A stretch of 63,805 bases of DNA, counting the filler, from an uncultured Acidimicrobiia bacterium (GTDB lineage: Bacteria > Actinomycetota > Acidimicrobiia > Spongiisociales > JAOTWH01): the NCBI GenBank assembly GCA_964347285.1. It is 3 parts of 3 records of this genome, joined end to end, with 100 filler letters (N's around TTAATTAATTAA, not from the genome) between each part and the next. Parts side by side here need not be neighbours in the genome. Positions count along the whole stretch, not along the records: positions 46,058 to 63,805 come from CAYFYE010000051.1; 2 more parts are not named here. One strand, given 5' to 3'. This document shows, in pieces, positions 57,670 to 63,805 of the stretch; within the stretch, counting starts at the first letter, position 1; each line of letters begins with the position of its first letter. The notes beneath the pieces are model-generated. The model made no database searches, was not told the DNA's origin, and saw nothing but the letters and a program-made list of their open reading frames with translations. Both the position numbers and the translations under genes were made by a program.

Positions 57670-58700
57670 GCGGGCCGGACCACATCCTCGAGAATCCGCC
57701 GTCGCACCTCGCGCTCGGCGAACCCGGCCCGCAAGGCCGTCTCGGTGACCGCCAGGAGGTCCTCGGGACCGAAGCCGTGATGGGCGATGGCCAGATCGAA
57801 CTCCCGGCTCATCGTCGTCCGGCTCATCAGCCGATTGTCGGTGTTCAGGGTGATGTCGAATCCGGCCCGGTGGAGAGTGCCGAGGGGATGAGCGGAGGCG
57901 TCGGAGCATACGCCGGTGTGGATGTTGGAACTGATGCAGATCTCAAGGGGGATGCGCCGGCGCCGCACCGCTGCGGCAGTGTCTCCCAGTCGCACCGTGC
58001 CCCCGTCTGCGGTGAGGTCCTCGGCCAGGCGAACGCCATGACCGATGCGCTGGGCTCCACACTTGAGAGCGAGCGCGATGCTCTCGGGGCCGTCGCCTTC
58101 GCCGGCATGAAGGGTCAGCGCCAGGCCGGCATCAAGGGCCACGATGCAACCGGCGAGATGGCTGGTGGCCGGAAAGCCCGCTTCCGGCCCGGCCAGATCG
58201 AAGCCGACCACGCCCCGGCCGGCATAGTCGGCGGCTTCCGTCGCCACCTTCTCCGAGTCGTCCCGATCCCGCACGGCGACGACGATGGCACGCACCGCCG
58301 TGCCGGTTTCCCGTTCTCCCTGGCGGAACCCGCGCAGTGCCGCTTCTAGGGCCCCGCCGAAGGAAAGGCCCCGATCCATCAGCAGGGTGGGGGCAAAGCG
58401 GATCTCGGCATACACCACGCCGTCGGCGGCCAGGTCGACCACTGCTTCGTAGGCGACCCGCTCCACGGCGGGAGCCGTCTGCATCACTCCTACCGTGTGC
58501 CGAAAGGCCTCCAGGTAGCGCTCCAGCGAACCCGACGACCCCTGATAGAACCAGTCTCCGAGCACGGCCGGGTCCGTCGAAGGCAAACCCTCGTAGCCCT
58601 GCTCGGCTGCCAGGTCGACGATGGTATCGATCCGCAGTCCTCCGTCCAGGTGATCGTGGAGGAGAGCTTTGGGAAGGCGACGCAGCTCGGCTTCTTCCAT
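57651..58700 (-). CDS. add: Adenosine deaminase
   Basis: LHDHLDGG, HAGE, RIGHG, NTDNRL. Confidence 0.95.
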   Translation of the reverse strand: MEEAELRRLPKALLHDHLDGGLRIDTIVDLAAEQGYEGLPSTDPAVLGDWFYQGSSGSLERYLEAFRHTVGVMQTAPAVERVAYEAVVDLAADGVVYAEIRFAPTLLMDRGLSFGGALEAALRGFRQGERETGTAVRAIVVAVRDRDDSEKVATEAADYAGRGVVGFDLAGPEAGFPATSHLAGCIVALDAGLALTLHAGEGDGPESIALALKCGAQRIGHGVRLAEDLTADGGTVRLGDTAAAVRRRRIPLEICISSNIHTGVCSDASAHPLGTLHRAGFDITLNTDNRLMSRTTMSREFDLAIAHHGFGPEDLLAVTETALRAGFAEREVRRRILEDVVRPAYAELL

Positions 58701-58721
58701 TGGTTGAGTGTAGGCGGCGGC

Positions 58722-59195
58722 TCAGATGGGGGATCGCCACCACTGACGCTCGACGATGGGTTGGCCACCGATCTCCCGTTCGACGGTCTCACCGGGCGCA
58801 AAGCCCTGCGCGGTGTGGAACTCCTCGGCGGGGATGTTGCCCAGGAGGACCGTTGCCGAGATCGGCAGTGTCGGGTCGATCGACTGCACTTCGTCGAGCA
58901 GGGCCTTGGCGATGCCCTGGTGGGTGAACTCCTGGCGCGAGCAGATCGACCTGAGATCCAGGTGGTCTCCGGCATGGTCGGCCAGCGCAAAACCCAGCAG
59001 CTGGCCCTCGTCCTCGGCCACCAGGAGGCTTCCCGTCAGCACGGCCCGCATCAGGCGGGGTTTCTCGAAGTCGTGTTCCACCAGTGCCGTGATGGCGGTC
59101 GGGGTGAGCAGGGCACTGACGTCGCGGAAGTAATCCCCGTAGAGAAGGCCGATGATCCCGGGGAGGTCCTCCCTGGTTGCCTTCCTCACCCGCAT
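58722..59195 (-). CDS. GNAT family acetyltransferase
   Basis: VRKATREDL, HQGIAKALL, N..A..FH...GF. Confidence 0.85.
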   Translation of the reverse strand: MRVRKATREDLPGIIGLLYGDYFRDVSALLTPTAITALVEHDFEKPRLMRAVLTGSLLVAEDEGQLLGFALADHAGDHLDLRSICSRQEFTHQGIAKALLDEVQSIDPTLPISATVLLGNIPAEEFHTAQGFAPGETVEREIGGQPIVERQWWRSPI

Positions 59196-59255
59196 GTAGC
59201 CGAACATACTCGCGATAGACGCGGCGCGACGAGGGGTGCCGATTACGCTCCGCCC

Positions 59256-60386
59256 GTGGCGAATCGGGCCGACGCCGAGCCCCGGATCCAGGCAGGCTTT
59301 CTTCGCGGTACGCCGATATGGGTGCCCAGGCTGTTGCTCTTCATCGCCGGCCTCGGGGCCGCCTTCATCTTCCTCTTCGGCATCGTCCGCCAGCTACGGA
59401 CCCTGGTCGTCCTGATTCTCATTTCCGCTTTCCTGTCGGTCGCCCTCGAGCCCGGAGTCGCCTTTCTCTCCTCCAAGGGGTGGCGTCGGGGTCTGGCCAC
59501 CGGCTTCATGTTCGTGATCGTCCTCGTAGCGGGCAGCACGTTCATCGCGCTGATGATCCCTCTCATCGTGGACCAGGTGATCACCTTCGTGGACCGGCTT
59601 CCCGGATATGTCGACAACGTCTCCGATTTCGGCGCCCGCTTCGGCATCGAGTTCTCGAGCGGGCGCGTCGAGGATGCGGTCACCACGGTGGATCGATCCC
59701 TGCAGGACATCGCCGGCGACGTCGCCGGGTCGGTGTTCGGAGTCGGCAACCGCCTGCTGACCACGTTCCTCCAGGGACTCACCATCGCCCTGTTCACCTT
59801 CTACTTCACCGCCGACGCCCCCCGGATTCGGCGCGGCATCGCCTCGATGCTTCCCAAGCACCGCCAGAAAGAGATCGTTCGGGTGTGGGACATCGCCGTC
59901 GAGAAGACGGGCGGGTACTTCTACTCGCGGGCCCTCCTGGCGGCCGCCTCAGCGCTCATCACCTGGGTGGTGCTGGTGATCATCGGGATCCCCTTCCCCC
60001 TGGCGCTGGCGTTGTGGATGGGCATCCTGTCGCAGTTCATACCGGTCGTCGGCACCTACCTCGGAGGGGCCCTTCCGCTGCTGATCGCCCTGGTGGAGAG
60101 CCCGATCAAGGCGGTCTGGGTGCTGATCTACATCGTCGTCTACCAGCAGTTCGAGAACTACGTGCTCAGCCCCCACATCACCGCCCGGACCATGTCGCTC
60201 CATCCGGCGGTGTCGTTCGGCGCCGCCATCGCCGGCGGCACCTTGCTGGGGGCGCCGGGGGCGCTGATGGCGTTGCCGGCCGCCGCCACGCTACAGGCCT
60301 TCGTCTCGACGTACATCAGGCGATATGAGCTGATCGAAGGCCTGGAGGCGCCGGCCGCCGGCCGCCGGCCCAACCCGGAACGCTAG
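59256..60386 (+). CDS. AI-2E family transporter
   Basis: ALEP, FIPVVG, YQQFENYVLSP...LHP; TACGCT 6 nt before the GTG. Confidence 0.9.
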   Translation: MANRADAEPRIQAGFLRGTPIWVPRLLLFIAGLGAAFIFLFGIVRQLRTLVVLILISAFLSVALEPGVAFLSSKGWRRGLATGFMFVIVLVAGSTFIALMIPLIVDQVITFVDRLPGYVDNVSDFGARFGIEFSSGRVEDAVTTVDRSLQDIAGDVAGSVFGVGNRLLTTFLQGLTIALFTFYFTADAPRIRRGIASMLPKHRQKEIVRVWDIAVEKTGGYFYSRALLAAASALITWVVLVIIGIPFPLALALWMGILSQFIPVVGTYLGGALPLLIALVESPIKAVWVLIYIVVYQQFENYVLSPHITARTMSLHPAVSFGAAIAGGTLLGAPGALMALPAAATLQAFVSTYIRRYELIEGLEAPAAGRRPNPER

Positions 60387-60397
60387 GGTCCCGGGGC

Positions 60398-62110
60398 ATG
60401 GCTCATCCGATCTTTGGGTTGGCGGAGCGCGTTACCGAAGAGATGGCGGCCCTCGATCCCCACGTCGCCACCTACGAGGGGGTGGTCGGGTACGACGATC
60501 GATGGCCCGATCTGAGCCCCGAAGGCGCGACGGCCCGCTTGGACGCCTACCGGCGCTTCGTGGCGGAGATCGACGCGCTGGCCCCGGGCGACTCGAAGTG
60601 GGAGCGGCTGGCGGTTCGGTCCTGTCGGGATTTCCTCGCCGACTTCATGCTGGACTGGCTCGAGCAAGGCGAGTATCGCCGCGACCTCAACTCGATCTCC
60701 TGCCCGGTTCAGGATCTCCACGGGGTCTTCGACGTCATGGACAAGACCTCGCCGGAGGGATGGGAGGCCATCGTCGCCCGCCTCGAGGGTCTTCCCCGGG
60801 CGCTGGCCGGATACCGGGCCACCCTCGAGGACGCCCGCAGGAGGGGGGAGACGGTGGCGCAGCGGCAGGTCGAAGCAGTGGTGCGCCAGGCCCGACATCA
60901 CGCCGGTCCGGAGTCCGCGCTGCGGGACCTGCCCGACCAGGCGACCTCCGCTGCGGGGCCCGATCGAATCGGTGCCGGAGTGGAGGCGGCCTGCCGGGCT
61001 TTCGGTGAGCTCGCCGAGTACCTGGAACGGGACTACCTACCCGACGCGAATGCCGAGGACGCAGTGGGCGAGGAGCGATATCTGACGTCGGCGCGGCGCT
61101 ATCTGGGTGGGACCATCGATCCCGTCGAGATCTACCGGTGGGGCTGGAGCGAGGTCGAGCGCATCCGATCGGAGATGGCAGAAGTGGCCGGCCGGATCTC
61201 GCCGGGAGCGCCGATCCCCGAGGTCATCGAGCGCCTGAAGTCGGATCCGGCCGGCAGGTCCAGCGACCGCGATGAGTTCGTCGCAGTGATGACGCAGCGC
61301 TTGCACCAGGCCGTACACGACTTGGACGGAACCGCCTTCGAGATTCCCGAGCCGTTGCGGGCGGTCGAGGTCAAGATCGCTCCGCCCGGCGGTCCGCTGG
61401 GGGCCTACTACATCGGACCCTCGGAAGACTTCCGACGTCCCGGCACCGTGTGGTATTCCCTCGACCCCCAGGAGCACCAGGTCGCCTACTACAACCAGGT
61501 CTCAACCAACTACCACGAAGGCTTCCCCGGCCACCATCTACAGGTCGGGTACCCCCTGACCGTGGGCGATGTGCTCACCCGCCTGCAGCGGACGTTTGTG
61601 TGGTACCCGGGATACGGGGAGGGGTGGGCACTGTACGCCGAGCTGGTCATGAAGGAGCTCGGTTATCTGGAGAAGCTGGAGTACGTCTTCGGCATGCTGG
61701 CCGAGGCGATGCTGCGGGCGTGCCGGGTGGTCATCGACATCGGCTCGCATCTCGAGCTACCGATTCCCGAGGGCCAGCCGTTCCATCCCGGTGAGCGATG
61801 GAGCTTCGAGCGAGGGGTGGAGATGCTCACCGAGTACGCCACCCAGCCTCCTTCATACGCCGAGTCGGAGATGACCCGCTATCTGGGCTGGCCCGGTCAG
61901 GCCATCTCGTACAAGGTGGGGGAGCGGACCATCCTGGAGCTCCGCGACGAAGTCCGGCGGAGCGGGTCGTTCGATCTCAAGGGTTTTCACACCTCGGTGT
62001 TGAGTGCCGGTTCGATCGGACTGGATCACCTGAGAGATTGGGTGAAAGAAGAATGGTTGCCTCAGGCGAACTCGCCGCTGTCGCGGCGCTCCAGCAGTTC
62101 CTCGGCGTAA
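60398..62110 (+). CDS. DUF885 family protein (putative metallopeptidase)
   Basis: YHEGFPGHHLQ, EGWALYAE, RACRVVIDIG, PGQAISYKVGE. Confidence 0.92.
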   Translation: MAHPIFGLAERVTEEMAALDPHVATYEGVVGYDDRWPDLSPEGATARLDAYRRFVAEIDALAPGDSKWERLAVRSCRDFLADFMLDWLEQGEYRRDLNSISCPVQDLHGVFDVMDKTSPEGWEAIVARLEGLPRALAGYRATLEDARRRGETVAQRQVEAVVRQARHHAGPESALRDLPDQATSAAGPDRIGAGVEAACRAFGELAEYLERDYLPDANAEDAVGEERYLTSARRYLGGTIDPVEIYRWGWSEVERIRSEMAEVAGRISPGAPIPEVIERLKSDPAGRSSDRDEFVAVMTQRLHQAVHDLDGTAFEIPEPLRAVEVKIAPPGGPLGAYYIGPSEDFRRPGTVWYSLDPQEHQVAYYNQVSTNYHEGFPGHHLQVGYPLTVGDVLTRLQRTFVWYPGYGEGWALYAELVMKELGYLEKLEYVFGMLAEAMLRACRVVIDIGSHLELPIPEGQPFHPGERWSFERGVEMLTEYATQPPSYAESEMTRYLGWPGQAISYKVGERTILELRDEVRRSGSFDLKGFHTSVLSAGSIGLDHLRDWVKEEWLPQANSPLSRRSSSSSA

Positions 62111-62349
62111 TAGGACGGCCAGTCGGTCTCGGGATCCTCCACGCGACGGCGCCGCTCCAGGTCGACGAGCTGATACACCAGCTCGCTCTTGCTGAGGGGG
62201 ACACCGAGTGCCGCGCTCAGGGACTCCTGGAGATGCTCGGCGTACCACAGCGGCCACTCAGGGTCGTCTCGTTCCCGAATGGCCTCGTGGTGGGCCGGGC
62301 CGGCGTCACGCAGCAACGCCTCGAGCCGGCCCTTGATGTTGTTGCTCAT
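62062..62349 (-). CDS. Small hypothetical protein with duplicated WPxxYAE motif
   Basis: 95 aa; DPEWPLWYAEHL and ETDWPSYYAEEL; TACCCT 6 nt before the ATG. Confidence 0.72.
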   Translation of the reverse strand: MSNNIKGRLEALLRDAGPAHHEAIRERDDPEWPLWYAEHLQESLSAALGVPLSKSELVYQLVDLERRRRVEDPETDWPSYYAEELLERRDSGEFA

Positions 62350-62407
62350 GGGGACAGGGTAGGGGAGAAGGCAAGGCGTCGGCGGGCCGGGGTTAGCCTC
62401 TCGGGCA

Positions 62408-63307
62408 ATGGCCGAGATCGTCGTGGTGGGCAGCATCAACCTGGACACGGTGGTGCAGGTGGAGCGGCTTCCCGGTGTCGGAGAGACCGTGACCGGAGTG
62501 GGCCACTTCCAGAATCCCGGAGGCAAGGGAGCCAACCAGGCGGTGGCCGCCGCCCGCCTGGGCCGCCGCGTGGCGTTCGTGGGCATGGTGGGGGATGACG
62601 ATGCCGGCCGGGTGCTGACGGCATCACTCGAGAGAGAGGGCGTGGATCTGTCGGCAATGGGGGTCGACGCCGACTTCCCCACCGGGATGGCACTGATAAC
62701 CGTGGGAGGTGGCGGAGAGAACACGATCGTGGTCAGCGCCGGGGCCAACTCGGCATTGACCGAGCGACATGTCGAGGCGGCCGCTCCGTTCCTCTCCGGC
62801 GCCGGGGCCGTGCTGCTCCAACTGGAAGTCCCCATCGAAGCAGTGGCTCGGGCCGCCGAATTGGCCGCGGGCCTGGTCATTCTCAATCCGGCGCCGGCCC
62901 GGGACCTCCCTCCTCGCCTGCTGGATCGGACCGATGTGCTGGTTCCCAACGAGACCGAATTGGGAGTGCTAAGCCGCAGTGCTCCTACCACCGACGTTGA
63001 GGTGGTGATCGGCCGGGCCCGGGCCATCACCGGTCCCGGGGCGGTCGTGGTTACGCTGGGCGAACGGGGCGCGGTGCTGATCGAAGGGGAGCGGGCCGAG
63101 GCGATTGCGGCCCCGAGCGTGGCCGCCCTCGATTCGACGGCCGCCGGCGATGCGTTCTGCGGAGCACTGGCCGATGCTTTGGTGGGCGGCGCCGATCTGG
63201 CCGATGCGGTGCACTGGGCCGCGACGGCCGGGGCCGTGACCGTCACCCGGCCGGGCGCCCAGGGATCCTTGCCGAGCCGGGCCGAGGTGCTGGAGGTATT
63301 GGAATGA
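62408..63307 (+). CDS. rbsK: Ribokinase
   Basis: GSINLD, PGGKGANQA, DSTAAGDAFCG. Confidence 0.95.
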   Translation: MAEIVVVGSINLDTVVQVERLPGVGETVTGVGHFQNPGGKGANQAVAAARLGRRVAFVGMVGDDDAGRVLTASLEREGVDLSAMGVDADFPTGMALITVGGGGENTIVVSAGANSALTERHVEAAAPFLSGAGAVLLQLEVPIEAVARAAELAAGLVILNPAPARDLPPRLLDRTDVLVPNETELGVLSRSAPTTDVEVVIGRARAITGPGAVVVTLGERGAVLIEGERAEAIAAPSVAALDSTAAGDAFCGALADALVGGADLADAVHWAATAGAVTVTRPGAQGSLPSRAEVLEVLE

Positions 63308-63805
63308 GCCGACCGATCATCATCGACACCGACCCCGGCCAGGACGATGCCATCGCCATCCTGTTGGCTCTGGCGTCCCGTGAGCTGGAGGTGCTCGGCA
63401 TCACCACCGTGGCCGGCAACGTTCCCCTCGACCTGACCACGAAGAACGCCCTGAAGATGTGTGAACTGGCCGGCCGGGACGACGTTCCCGTCTTCGCCGG
63501 CTGCGCTCGTCCCATGGTGCGGCCGCTGGTGACCGCCGAGCACGTGCACGGAAGGACCGGCATCGACGGCGTCGAGCTGCCCGATCCGGCCCGGTCGCCA
63601 AGAGCGGAGCATGCGGTGGACTGGCTGATCGACACGCTGCGGGAGGCGAACGATGACTCGGTGACCGTGTGCACGCTGGGCCCCCAGACCAACGTGGGCA
63701 CGGCCATCCAGCGGGAACCCGAGATCGTGCCGAAGATGAGCGAACTGGTACTCATGGGGGGAGGGTTCTTCGAAGGGGGCAACACCACTCCGGCGGCCGA
63801 GTTCA
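63304..63805 (+). CDS. Inosine/uridine-preferring nucleoside hydrolase (partial)
   Basis: IIDTDPGQDDA, TTVAGN, VHG..GI.G, LGPQTN, TPAAEF; ATGA overlap with rbsK; runs off the window. Confidence 0.93.
   Translation, partial: MSRPIIIDTDPGQDDAIAILLALASRELEVLGITTVAGNVPLDLTTKNALKMCELAGRDDVPVFAGCARPMVRPLVTAEHVHGRTGIDGVELPDPARSPRAEHAVDWLIDTLREANDDSVTVCTLGPQTNVGTAIQREPEIVPKMSELVLMGGGFFEGGNTTPAAEF

Noticed and set aside
59201..59214. LexA/SOS box-like CGAACATACTCGCG
   Set aside because: Only the left half matches CGAAC-N4-GTTCG; no convincing SOS boxes were seen upstream of uvrA, uvrB or polA either.

Overview
High-GC actinobacterial DNA (gene content and order suggest Acidimicrobiia; this is an inference). 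It is three contigs joined by artificial 100-nt spacers (44N-TTAATTAATTAA-44N at 23112-23211 and 45958-46057), so adjacency across the spacers is meaningless. Contig 1 (1-23111) is an accessory catabolic island of unknown substrate: FAD oxidoreductase, EamA, an orphan form II CoxL-like Mo subunit, beta-hydroxyacid and succinate-semialdehyde dehydrogenases, PLP decarboxylase, OsmC and AhpD-like proteins, MFS, LacI, cupin, LVIVD protein, amidohydrolase, alpha/beta hydrolase and an Opp/Dpp ABC system. It carries three LacI-type operators and several eroded gene remnants. Contig 2 (23212-45957) is the tRNA-Leu/polA/rpsA/coaE/uvrB/uvrA housekeeping block interleaved with a Tad/Flp pilus system, a NarL-type two-component pair and a GT-C-like membrane protein. 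One palindrome, with identical 23-nt spacing to an extended -10, precedes both flp and (antisense across tRNA-Leu) tadE-tadG. Contig 3 (46058-63805) is the pgsA2-gcvH-FHA-MerR-BFN-MerR-gcv locus with inserted genes, a DnaA-box cluster upstream of an Rv1830-like regulator, two probable CTG-initiated genes, and nucleoside salvage genes. No CRISPR array, integrase or transposase was seen. All family calls come from motif recognition by eye, not database searches.
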